This document shows positions 11,493 to 21,218 of a stretch of DNA of 64,000 bases, piece by piece; the first letter of the stretch is position 1; every line of letters begins with the position of its first letter. The translations under genes were made by a program, and so were the position numbers. This stretch comes from Methanobacteriota archaeon (GTDB lineage Archaea > Thermoplasmatota > Poseidoniia > Poseidoniales > Poseidoniaceae). The notes beneath the pieces are model-generated. The model made no database searches and was not told where the DNA came from. It saw only the letters and a list, made by a program, of their open reading frames with translations. The stretch is taken from positions 933,900 through 997,899 of the forward strand of contig JAYQHX010000002.1 of assembly GCA_038141355.1 (NCBI GenBank), read 5' to 3'.

Positions 11493-11670
11493 TGGAACCG
11501 ATTCTCCCTATCATCACATACTAATGAAACCATTGTTTCACAACTAAATTCAATTTTTTGACTTTTTACCCCTTATACCCCCTCCCTTGAAGGGGATTTT
11601 TGCATTTTTTTGCATTTTTTAGTGAAAAACGCATCGTTGCGCCAAATATCAAAAGTTCCATCCAAGTTCC

Positions 11671-11698
11671 TTGTCGCATAATGTGCGTTATGCGACAC
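11671..11698. other. Candidate dif-like Xer recombination site (11-6-11)
   Basis: TTGTCGCATAA-TGTGCG-TTATGCGACAC; perfect 10-bp inverted arms with ATAA/TTAT inner ends; intergenic. Confidence 0.6.
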
Positions 11699-11704
11699 TA
11701 CGTA

Positions 11705-12034
11705 TCACACTAAATCTAGATTATCCGGATCTATGGAAAACATTCCCACTAGAGGCGGCCCTCCTAGTAGAGTTTCAATGCCACCATCCCTTTCATCTAG
11801 TTCGTTTGCAATTCTCTCTGAACATCTACGCCAAGATTCTTCATCTCTGTAAATAGCTTGAAGTAAAAACATAGATTGTCCGTCCATACTTCTAGACACC
11901 CAAGCTCGGATACACCCTTCTGTCCGTCGGCGCATTTCCTGTCTTGCCTCCAACATCCTTTCTAATCTGGCATCAACCCCTTTTCTTGCACTGCACACGA
12001 CTGTTTCCAACCATAGCCCGTTTTCTGATTTCAT
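11705..12034 (-). CDS. ABM-like (dimeric alpha/beta barrel) small protein
   Basis: 109 aa with GCIRAWVSRS..FLLQAIYRDEESW pattern; follows hutI. Confidence 0.55.
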   Translation of the reverse strand: MKSENGLWLETVVCSARKGVDARLERMLEARQEMRRRTEGCIRAWVSRSMDGQSMFLLQAIYRDEESWRRCSERIANELDERDGGIETLLGGPPLVGMFSIDPDNLDLV

Positions 12035-12057
12035 ATTAATTACCTTTTAGAAGAAGT

Positions 12058-13296
12058 TTAATGATAAATCATATTTCCGTTTATCATAGTAGAATAGAAG
12101 GGTGAAATTCCTGGTTGAAGACACCAAGCTTCCCAATTTACAGAATCTAAAATATTTAGATTTGCAATGTTTCCTTCTGTCACCGATCCTTGTTTAAGTC
12201 CACTTGGATGAACGGTGGTCTTTGCTGAATTTACAGTACATGCTGCTAGAGCAGCGATTGGCGAAATATCATTACGCTGTACTAAAATCGAGGCTACAAA
12301 TGGCAGACTTAATGTTCTACAGTTAGGGTTGAAATCAGTAGCAATAGTCCAGGCCCATTTATTATCCATACATTCAGTAAACGGTGGATAATCAGAGCCC
12401 ATCGAATATGGTGTCGCGGGTAGAAATCCTGCATTAACATTAGAATCCGACATCTTTGAACGGATTTCAGAATTTGTATAATGGGCATGGTCTGCTGTTG
12501 AGACTGATAATTCTGCTGCTAGATTACCACCTCCTCCATCAACAAATTCATCGATGTGCATTCGGAGGTCCAAACCCATTGAACGACTTTCCTTCAAAAT
12601 TCGTTCAGATTGTTCTACTGAAAACCAGCCCGGTTCGCAGAAAACATCAGCGCTTCTAGCAAACCCTTGTTCAACAATTCGAGGTAGTTGTTCAGTGATA
12701 ATTTGATCAGTATATTCCTCATAAGACAAGCCCTCTGGCGTAGAATGAGCACCTAGCCAAGTAATATCGAGAGATGGTAATTCTGTGTTAACATTTAGTG
12801 AATCTGCAACTTTAAGCAATTTCAATTCTGATTCTGTTGACAAGCCGTATCCGGATTTCGCTTCCATGTGAGTGGTTCCATAATGCAGTGCTTGCTTCAT
12901 TCTAGTCAGTCCTAATTGTGCTAATTCGGACTCACTTGCGCCTTTGGTTGAATTTACAGTGTGCGAAATACCTCCACCCATTTCAGCAATTTTTTTGTAA
13001 GAATATCCTTTTTGCCTCCATCCAACTTCTTTACTTCTATCTCCAGACCAAATGAGGTGAGTGTGCGAATCGATCAAGCCTGGTATAACGGCCCTTCCTT
13101 CTAAATCGATTGTATCAAGATGAGAATATTCGCTCTGCAAGTCATCGGAATCTTCGATTTTACGTATTATCCCATTTCCAATTAGTATACCAAAGCCTGG
13201 TTCGAAAGTTAAAATCGAATCGTCAATATGGCCAACTAATGCTTTGTCGCTAGCCATGTGAGCAATGGGGCCAGCGTTAACAAGTAGTTTCTCCAT
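12058..13296 (-). CDS. hutI: Imidazolonepropionase
   Basis: PGLIDSHTHL, EAKSGYGL, DVFCEPG, HIDE, ADH, ATDFNP. Confidence 0.95.
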   Translation of the reverse strand: MEKLLVNAGPIAHMASDKALVGHIDDSILTFEPGFGILIGNGIIRKIEDSDDLQSEYSHLDTIDLEGRAVIPGLIDSHTHLIWSGDRSKEVGWRQKGYSYKKIAEMGGGISHTVNSTKGASESELAQLGLTRMKQALHYGTTHMEAKSGYGLSTESELKLLKVADSLNVNTELPSLDITWLGAHSTPEGLSYEEYTDQIITEQLPRIVEQGFARSADVFCEPGWFSVEQSERILKESRSMGLDLRMHIDEFVDGGGGNLAAELSVSTADHAHYTNSEIRSKMSDSNVNAGFLPATPYSMGSDYPPFTECMDNKWAWTIATDFNPNCRTLSLPFVASILVQRNDISPIAALAACTVNSAKTTVHPSGLKQGSVTEGNIANLNILDSVNWEAWCLQPGISPFYSTMINGNMIYH

Positions 13297-13346
13297 TGCT
13301 ACTCCTAAGTGAAACCGTTAGATAGTATATCCGTTTCCCATTTTCA

Positions 13347-14360
13347 ATGAGAAATGGTTACACACTCGGCATTGAATCTACTGCTCACACTTTTTCATTT
13401 GGATTGGTAGACCCAACTGGAGAGCCAATACCCTCTGTTTCGGATACTATTAGGCCAACTGAAGGAGGAATTCATCCTCGTGAAGCTGCTGACCATCATG
13501 TTGAATTGTCTGCCGAATTACTCTCTAAGTTGTTAGAAAACAACGGTTTGCAACCCTCTGACATCACAGGAGTAGCATATTCGCAAGGCCCAGGGATGGG
13601 TGCATGCTTGCGGATTGGTGCTGCAGCGGCTAGAACGATTGCATCAAAATTGGACGTGCCGCTTATCGGAGTAAATCACTGTGTTGCTCATATTGAAATA
13701 GGAAGACAACAATGTGGTTGTGATGATCCAATCCTGTTGTACGTTAGCGGTGGAAACACACAAGTTATCGCTAGGCTGGATGGTAGATATCGCGTTCTAG
13801 GTGAAACACTAGACATAGGAATAGGAAATATGCTAGACAAATTCGCAAGAAATCATGGCATACCATTCCCAGGTGGCCCACAAATAGAGAAAGCAGCCCT
13901 AAAGTGGCTAGAGGAAAATCCCAATCCTACAATTGAGGGTCTCGAACTACCATATGCAGTACACGGAATGGATTTGACATTCTCTGGAATTTTAACAGCA
14001 GCAAATAAATTGGTAGAAAAGGGCAATCCATTCGAAGCGGTCTGTTGGAGTCTACAAGAACACGCTTTTGCTGCATGTATAGAAGTCGCAGAAAGAGCAT
14101 TGGCACATACTGGAAAAAGTGAGGTCCTCCTTGGTGGAGGAGTTGCTTGCAATGAAAAACTCCGAACTATGTCGGAAATAATGTGTGAGGAGAGAAGTGC
14201 AAGTAGTCACTGTCCGCCGAAGATGTATTGTATCGATAACGGAACAATGATTGCAATGCTGGGTTGGCTAGAACTTAATTCTGGTAGAATTACTACCCCC
14301 CAACAATCAGGAGTTGACCAAGAAATGCGAACAGACCACACCCCTGTTATTTGGGCTTAA
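13347..14360 (+). CDS. kae1: tRNA N6-threonylcarbamoyladenosine synthase Kae1 (KEOPS)
   Basis: LGIESTAHT, GGIHPREAADHH, VNHCVAHIEIG, LYVSGGNTQ, DNGTMIA. Confidence 0.95.
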   Translation: MRNGYTLGIESTAHTFSFGLVDPTGEPIPSVSDTIRPTEGGIHPREAADHHVELSAELLSKLLENNGLQPSDITGVAYSQGPGMGACLRIGAAAARTIASKLDVPLIGVNHCVAHIEIGRQQCGCDDPILLYVSGGNTQVIARLDGRYRVLGETLDIGIGNMLDKFARNHGIPFPGGPQIEKAALKWLEENPNPTIEGLELPYAVHGMDLTFSGILTAANKLVEKGNPFEAVCWSLQEHAFAACIEVAERALAHTGKSEVLLGGGVACNEKLRTMSEIMCEERSASSHCPPKMYCIDNGTMIAMLGWLELNSGRITTPQQSGVDQEMRTDHTPVIWA

Positions 14361-14401
14361 AGATGCCAAGGGTTATGAGAGTCCGTACTACCGCTTGAAA
14401 T

Positions 14402-15271
14402 ATGCAAGGTAGGCGCAGAAGGGATGAACCATTCAACCCCTTCGCGCCAAATGCTAGCCAAAATGCAAGGGACAGGCGTGAAAAGCGAGACAAAAACAAA
14501 CCTAAACCCGTTGTCTCTCAACCTGTTGTGACAAATACTTTGGCTGACATGCAGCGTGCTGCACAGAAAGCAATCGAAAAAACAGAAACTCTTGTACCAA
14601 AGAACGAGTCTGTAATTCCGGCCACGACAACAACAGAGGTAGTTAATGAAGTCAAACCAGAGCCTCAAAAACCAGTTCAACGACAAGTAAAGAATATTGA
14701 AGATAAGAAGCCTGAATCGAGGCAAGAAAGGCTTGCACGTCTAGCAGAAAAATCAGCTGCAACAGCAAAATTTGCTAAGGAAGCATCTACGATAAAACCT
14801 GAAATTCAAACAGAAAAAAAGGTTGAAATTGTTCCTGAAGTGGAAAATGTTGAACGAGAAGAACCAGTATCTATTGAAGATACTGAAATGGATCTTGAAG
14901 ACAAGTTGGGGTCTCATGGGGCAAAGAATGTATTCAAGACAATTAAAACAGAAATCAAGGCTAAAGACCCCAAAGGCAGAAAGAAAAGGAGTTCAGATAA
15001 AAAAGGAGGCGGAAAGCAACCGCAAACCAAGAAATTGGATAGACGTAAAATGTTAGAATACAAATACGCTGCTAAAGACATTCTGAATAATGAATTAGTA
15101 AAAGAAGAACATAGGTCAAATATTTCTGCACAAATTTGGGCGAAGGGAGAAAGGACAGGTGTTGAATCAGCAATAGAATTCATCAAACAGAAACAATTAG
15201 AGTTGATTTTACCAGATGAAATCGCAAATGAATTAATGGCATTAGTAAAAAAATATACAACAAGGAGATGA
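14402..15271 (+). CDS. Hypothetical charged protein (low-complexity N-terminus, folded C-terminal domain)
   Basis: 289-aa ORF co-oriented and tightly spaced between kae1 and slyD. Confidence 0.7.
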   Translation: MQGRRRRDEPFNPFAPNASQNARDRREKRDKNKPKPVVSQPVVTNTLADMQRAAQKAIEKTETLVPKNESVIPATTTTEVVNEVKPEPQKPVQRQVKNIEDKKPESRQERLARLAEKSAATAKFAKEASTIKPEIQTEKKVEIVPEVENVEREEPVSIEDTEMDLEDKLGSHGAKNVFKTIKTEIKAKDPKGRKKRSSDKKGGGKQPQTKKLDRRKMLEYKYAAKDILNNELVKEEHRSNISAQIWAKGERTGVESAIEFIKQKQLELILPDEIANELMALVKKYTTRR

Positions 15272-15275
15272 AAAT

Positions 15276-15749
15276 ATGACAGTAGTAGAGAATAACAAAG
15301 TAGCAAGCGTGCACTATACTGGTACACTACCAGATAATGGAGAGGTATTTGACAGTTCAGAAGGTAGAGACCCTCTAACATTTTTAGTTGGCCACATGAA
15401 TATGATACCTGGATTTGAACGAGAGTTAATGGGTGCTAAAATTGGCGAGAAGGTAGAGTTCACACTTTCTCCAGAGGACGCATATGGTGAAATCGACCCC
15501 AATGCTGTCCAAGAAATTCCTGCAGATATGTTTGGTGATATTACTCCTGAGGTAGGAATGACATTAATGAGTGACATTGGGCCTTTTCGAGTGACTGAAG
15601 TCAATGCCGAATTGATAAAAGTAGATTTTAATCATGCTTTAGCAGGTAAATCATTGACATTTAATGTTGAAGTAGTAGATATTCGTGATGCTACTGAGGA
15701 AGAAATCGCTCATGGACACGCACATGGTCCTGGCGGACACCACCATTGA
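15276..15749 (+). CDS. slyD: FKBP-type peptidyl-prolyl isomerase, SlyD-like
   Basis: VHYTG..FDSS, IPGFE, VDFNHALAGK; His-rich tail HGHAHGPGGHHH. Confidence 0.93.
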   Translation: MTVVENNKVASVHYTGTLPDNGEVFDSSEGRDPLTFLVGHMNMIPGFERELMGAKIGEKVEFTLSPEDAYGEIDPNAVQEIPADMFGDITPEVGMTLMSDIGPFRVTEVNAELIKVDFNHALAGKSLTFNVEVVDIRDATEEEIAHGHAHGPGGHHH

Positions 15750-15758
15750 GGTTTTATT

Positions 15759-17320
15759 ATGACTGGCCAGAGAAAAGAAATCTGGCAAACATTAGGTGGA
15801 TTGAATATATCTAGGATATATGGCCCTGATGAAGCAGGAAATGCTCCTTATACGCGCGGTATTCACAATACGATGTATAGGTCAAGATTATGGACAATGC
15901 GTCAATATGCTGGATTTGGCAGTGCCGAAGAAACGAATCAACGTTTCAAATTGTTATTGGATAGAGGCCAAAAGGGATTGTCTGTGGCATTTGATCTGCC
16001 AACCCAATTGGGTTTGGATGCTGATGATGTCTTCAGTGAAGGGGAAGTAGGTAAGGTTGGTGTATCAATTTCATGTTTGGATGACATGCGGATATTACTG
16101 AAAGATATACCTCTAGAAAAGGTATCAACTTCTATGACAATAAACGCACCTGCAATGGTTTTATTGGCAATGTATGTATTAGTAGCAGAAGAAAATGGTG
16201 TTTCGTCAAAGAAAATTCGAGGAACTATTCAAAATGATATTCTGAAAGAATATATTGCAAGAGGGACGCATATCTTCCCTCCAAATGAATCATTAAGACT
16301 CATTACAGATATCTTTGAATATTCTAAAGAAAATATACCAGAATGGAACACAATTTCAATCTCCGGATATCACATTCGTGAAGCGGGATCTACAGCTGTT
16401 CAGGAAATTGCTTTCACAATATCTAATGCGCTAGAATATGTAGACGCTGCAATAAAATCAGGATTAGATATCGATGAATTTGCACCGCGAATTTCGTTCT
16501 TCTTTAATTGTCACAACGATTTCTTTGAAGAAGTATGCAAATTTCGAGCAGCGAGAAGGTTGTGGTACACATTGATAAGTGAAAGATATAATCCTAGCAA
16601 TCCAAAGAGTTCTCAGTTAAGATTCCACACTCAGGTAGCAGGTGTATCATTAACTGCTCAACAACCATTGTACAATATATCAAGAGTCACAATCCAAGCT
16701 TTGGCAGCAGTTTGTGGAGGAACTCAGAGTTTACACACCAATTCATACGATGAAGCACTAGGCCTACCAACAGAAGAAAGCGCTACAGTTGCATTAAGAA
16801 CACAACAAATCATAGCAGAAGAGAGCGGGGTAGCAGACGTTGTAGACCCTCTTGAGGCTCTCATTATGTCGAGCAGATGACAGATAAAATTTACACTGAA
16901 TCACTCGAACAAATTATGAAAATTGAGAAACTAGGCGGTGCACTCAAAGCAATAGAAGCAGGCTACCAACAAAAAGAAATTCATGATGCTGCTTGGAAAC
17001 ATATGAATCAAGTCGAGTCTGGTGAGCGAAAAATTGTTGGCGTTAATTTTGCAACATTAGACAACGAAAAGATGCCGCCAGTACTGAAACCCGATCCCAC
17101 TATTGGAATCTCTCAGTCTAATAAGTTGAAATTACTTAGAACAAATCGAGATGGAGTATCAGTAGAACGTGATCTCGAAACACTTCGTTCGGGATGTGTT
17201 TCTGGCGCCAATCTTTTTCCATTAGTTATACAATGTCTAAAATCAGATTGTACTCTGGGAGAAATCATTCAAGTTATGAAAGACCAATTTGGGACTTGGA
17301 TGTCCCCCAGTGGATTTTGA
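15759..17320 (+). CDS. Methylmalonyl-CoA mutase, substrate-binding (large) subunit (frameshift near 16852)
   Basis: [54 protein letters not shown]-terminus in ORF 16877-17320. Confidence 0.93.
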
Positions 17321-17330
17321 GGTGATTATA

Positions 17331-17739
17331 TTGAAGATATATCTAGACCATGTAGGAATCGCTTGTGATAATCTAGAAGATGCATCTCCGTTTTGGCGAA
17401 TGATTGGATTAATACAGGGACATGATGAACTAGTAGAAGACCAAGGTGTAACAACCAGATTTTTTGAAACTAGTAAAGATGACAATAAATCTCCGAAGAT
17501 TGAACTTTTAGAACCCACAGAAGAAAATACTCCAATCGGCAAATTCCTAGCGAAAAAAGGCCCAGGGATTCAGCAAATTTGTTTCAGGGTAGAAGATATT
17601 GAATCCTTGATACAAAAATTAATTGAAAATGGTATTGTAATGGTAGATGAAAAACCAAGAACTGGAGCAAACGGTGCGTATTGCTTTTGTGCACCCGAAA
17701 AGTACTGGTGGCGTCTTAGTTGAGTTATCACAGTATTAA
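17331..17739 (+). CDS. mce: Methylmalonyl-CoA epimerase (frameshift near 17675)
   Basis: LDHVGIA, KIELLEP, FLAKKGPGIQQICF; IAFVHPKSTGGVLVEL in the alternate frame; TTG start after GAGGTGA. Confidence 0.9.
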
Positions 17740-17764
17740 TTCAAACCTTGAGAGCTGAACATCG

Positions 17765-18589
17765 ATGAATCAAATAGAAGATTTACTATCCCTTGAACGA
17801 GTTAGTAAATCATTTGGCGACGTGGAGGCTTTGATAGATATCGATTTCAAAATTCAAACCGGACAAGTGATTGGGTTGGTTGGAGGAAATGGAGCCGGTA
17901 AAACCACTCTCCTACGATTAATTTCTGGCGTGCTTAATCCCACAACTGGCAGTGTATTGTTTCGGGGAGAGAATGTGTCATCAGTGAGACAAAAAGTCGG
18001 TGTTGTACCAGAATCAACCGGCTTGTATGCTCGGTTAACAGCGTGGGAAAATATTCGATTCCATTCTAGAATTCACGGTATCTCAGATGATGTATCTTGG
18101 AACAGGACATGCTTTTTTGCAAAAAAATTAGATATTGAAGATGCGTTATCTAGACACACTAAGGGATTTAGTAGGGGAATGCGCCAAAAGATCGCTTTAC
18201 TGAGGGCTCTAGCACACGGCCCAGATATTCTGTTGCTTGATGAACCTACAGCAGGGCTTGATGTGACAAGTGCCAGAACAGTTAGAAAACTCGTTGGACA
18301 ATTGAGGGACGAAGGAGGTACTGTAATTTACAGCACCCATCATTTAGCAGAAGCAGAACAAGTTTGTGACCGTATAATAATTGTTCATAATGGCACGATT
18401 AGAGCAGATGGCTCTCCTGAACAATTGATCAATCAAGCCGGTGTGAATACCCTAGAACAAGCATATGTCGAATTAACCAAAGACAAAGCAAGACCGAGGT
18501 CTGACGTAAAAAATGAAGATGGTAAAGTATCAAAATGGTGGAGCAAAATTTTGACCGGTTCTACACCTAGTGAGGTGATAGAGGATTAG
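17765..18589 (+). CDS. ABC exporter ATP-binding subunit (NatA-like)
   Basis: Walker A GGNGAGKTT, signature FSRGM, LLLDEPT, H-loop STHH. Confidence 0.92.
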   Translation: MNQIEDLLSLERVSKSFGDVEALIDIDFKIQTGQVIGLVGGNGAGKTTLLRLISGVLNPTTGSVLFRGENVSSVRQKVGVVPESTGLYARLTAWENIRFHSRIHGISDDVSWNRTCFFAKKLDIEDALSRHTKGFSRGMRQKIALLRALAHGPDILLLDEPTAGLDVTSARTVRKLVGQLRDEGGTVIYSTHHLAEAEQVCDRIIIVHNGTIRADGSPEQLINQAGVNTLEQAYVELTKDKARPRSDVKNEDGKVSKWWSKILTGSTPSEVIED

Positions 18590-19802
18590 TGAATTCACAA
18601 GAATTGTAAAAGAGATAGCAAAAAAGGAAGTCCTTGAATTTGTACGCGATTGGAGAACTATATTGGCAATTATCATAATTCCCTTACTACTATTTCCGAT
18701 TCTATTTATCGCATTTCCGTTATTGTTAGAATCTGAAGCCCAAGAATTAGAATCCATTGATGTAAGCATAGTCTGGCAAGGTGAACTGAATCAAGAATTG
18801 AGTGATTTATTCAATGATTCCAATATACAATATGATTTACAAAATTTACCCGTTGGCATGGAAAATTTATCTAGTCCTGGTGACGATTTAGAAATCGTTC
18901 GAACCCAGAATGTTGATGCTGTTTTTAGATTAACCAATGATTCAAGTTCTTGGAAATTCGCAATAATATACCTATCAACAAGTGAAGCATCTAATGAAGC
19001 GAGGAGTAGAATTCTTGAATCGATATCGATTTGGGAAAATGATTTTGTTAATGGCACACTTCTTGCCGCCGGATTAGTTCCAGAGGACACCTTAGACCCT
19101 ATCAAGTGGGATGGAGATTGGGAATATGCAGATGCAGCAACAAGAGGAGAGCAAGCAGGATTAGCATTATCACTATTTATTCCATTAGTCATTGCGATAT
19201 GGACTGCATCAAGCGCTATACAGCCAGCAATTGATATGACTGCAGGCGAAAGGGAAAGAGGTACTCTCGAAGCTTTACTTTCATTACCGGCCAGTAGATT
19301 ACAATTATTGGCTGGAAAATGGACTGCAGTGGCATTCATTACAAGCGTAGGTGTAGCATTACAAATTGCAGGTTTATTATTTGCAATAACATACCTAGCA
19401 TCTAATTCTATATTGGGAGTTCCAGAAATTTCTTTGTTAAGTATATCGCTAATGCTGCTAGCAGTAGTCATATTCGCCATTATGACAGTCGCATTCGAAT
19501 TAGCATTAGCAATGAAAGCGCATAGTGTAAAAGAAGCCGGAACATTACTTGGCCCTGTAATTATAATGATTATATTCCCAGCACTGTTTACTCAGGTGAT
19601 TAATTTAGATGGCATCGAGTCGTTTTGGTTCGCAATCCCCTTGGTTAACATATTATTGGCTTTGAGAGAACTATTACTTGATCGTGTAATCTTTGAACAT
19701 GTAATTGTATGGCTTGTTTCTAGTGTATTTTATGCAACACTTGCGGCTCTATATGCTGCAAAGCAATTCAAGAGAGAAGATTTGGTAGCATCGTTATCAT
19801 AA
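18589..19802 (+). CDS. ABC-2 type permease (NatB-like)
   Basis: KKEVLEFVRD near the GTG start; AIDMTAGERERGTLEALL; multiple TM helices. Confidence 0.88.
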
Positions 19803-19821
19803 TATTAGCCAAGTATTCATC

Positions 19822-19853
19822 TAGTATTACTCTAGTAATATTAATAAATATAT
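19822..19853 (+). promoter_or_regulatory. Palindromic operator plus TATA-like box of the RHH-preQ0 operon
   Basis: TAGTATTACT-CT-AGTAATATTA inverted repeat (19822-19843) followed by TAAATATA about 18-25 nt before the likely GTG start at 19870. Confidence 0.5.
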
Positions 19854-19869
19854 GTACATAGGCGATAAT

Positions 19870-20040
19870 GTGCCAAAAATCAGTCTTGACATGCCTAGCC
19901 AATTGCTAGATGATCTGAAAACTCATGTTGGAGATGATGGAAAATTTGTATCTGTAGCCGATGCAATAAGGACAGCATGTAGAAAACTCTTGGACCAATT
20001 AGATGCGATAGATGCACGGCATGGGAGAATGGAGGAATAA
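19870..20040 (+). CDS. Ribbon-helix-helix (CopG/MetJ-Arc type) regulator
   Basis: PKISLDMP..LLDDL...G.F.SVADAIRTACRKLL is a classic RHH pattern; alternative ATG start at 19852. Confidence 0.8.
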   Translation: MPKISLDMPSQLLDDLKTHVGDDGKFVSVADAIRTACRKLLDQLDAIDARHGRMEE

Positions 20041-20042
20041 CA

Positions 20043-20612
20043 ATGACGACTAAGGATGAAGCAATGGAGGCTGTGAAAGTAATTCTCGATTATATCGAAG
20101 GAGATCACACTAGAGAAGGTTTAGCAGAAACTCCTGAGAGAGTAATAAGCTCCTTTGAAGAAATTTACTCTGGTTATTCATTAGAAGCATCTGAAGTCCT
20201 TTCTTCTACCTTTAACGGTGAGGGTTATGATGGAATAGTTTTGTTAAGAGATATAGAATTCCATTCGACATGTGAACATCATTTACAGCCCTTTAGTGGA
20301 CGAGTTCATGTAGCATACATTCCAACTGAGAGAATAGTAGGAATTAGCAAATTAGCAAGAATCGTAGAGTTGCACTCGAGAAGATTGCAAAATCAAGAGC
20401 GAATTACTAAAGGTGTGGCAGATGATATTGAACAACATCTCAACCCACTTGGTTGTGGTGTCATAATAGAGGCTGCACATGGGTGTATGCAGTGTCGCGG
20501 TGTCAAAAAACAAAATGCAGTCATGACTACAAGTGCAATGCGTGGAGTTTTTTTTGACAGAAGTGAAGCACGATCGGAGCTAATGCAGTTAATCCAAAGT
20601 GGTCCATTGTGA
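20043..20612 (+). CDS. folE: GTP cyclohydrolase I (type IA)
   Basis: REGLAETPERV, STCEHHLQPF, GISKLAR, RLQNQER, HGCMQCRGV. Confidence 0.95.
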   Translation: MTTKDEAMEAVKVILDYIEGDHTREGLAETPERVISSFEEIYSGYSLEASEVLSSTFNGEGYDGIVLLRDIEFHSTCEHHLQPFSGRVHVAYIPTERIVGISKLARIVELHSRRLQNQERITKGVADDIEQHLNPLGCGVIIEAAHGCMQCRGVKKQNAVMTTSAMRGVFFDRSEARSELMQLIQSGPL

Positions 20613-20621
20613 GGTGGTGAT

Positions 20622-21218
20622 ATGGCTAAATATCCAATCGTTGAAATTTTTCATTCTGTACAGGGTGAAGGATTCCATTCAGGGGTACCTCATATTTTCA
20701 TTCGGTTCGGAAATTGTAATCTTCGGTGTGAATGGTGTGATACTGATTTTTTAACATACAAAGAAATGGAGTTAGACGAAATCATTGATGAAATCAAAAA
20801 ATTTGATTGTGAGAGAGTTATTTTTACAGGCGGAGAGCCATGTCTACAAGACTTAGCTACGATTGGCAAAGTATTGAAAAATCTTGGTAAACATATCTCA
20901 ATTGAAACCAACGGGACAATAGAAGTTCCAGAGATTATCGATTGGATATGTGTTTCACCTAAAGATCAGGTCTATCCTAATGTATCAATCAAACAAATTA
21001 GTGGTGATGAGTTAAAAGTAGTCTACTGCGGACAGGATTTAGATATGTATGATAGCATAAAAAATAATTTTACTCATAATTTTATACAACCTTGCTACAT
21101 GGATAACCTTTCAGTGGAAGAGAATGGTAAACTGTTCTCTCTCGTTGAAAAATTGGTAAAAGAAACCAAAGGGTGGAGATTATCTTTGCAAACCCACAAA
21201 TGGATGGGGGTTGATTGA
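20622..21218 (+). CDS. queE: 7-carboxy-7-deazaguanine synthase (radical SAM)
   Basis: EIFHSVQGEG, CNLRCEWCDT, TGGEP, IETNGT, VSPK, WRLSLQTHK. Confidence 0.95.
   Translation: MAKYPIVEIFHSVQGEGFHSGVPHIFIRFGNCNLRCEWCDTDFLTYKEMELDEIIDEIKKFDCERVIFTGGEPCLQDLATIGKVLKNLGKHISIETNGTIEVPEIIDWICVSPKDQVYPNVSIKQISGDELKVVYCGQDLDMYDSIKNNFTHNFIQPCYMDNLSVEENGKLFSLVEKLVKETKGWRLSLQTHKWMGVD

Noticed and set aside
11170..11705. Integrated element or att site at tRNA-Val; ORB-type replication origin
   Set aside because: No integrase, no duplicated tRNA 3' end noticed, no cdc6/orc1 and no repeated full ORB motif.
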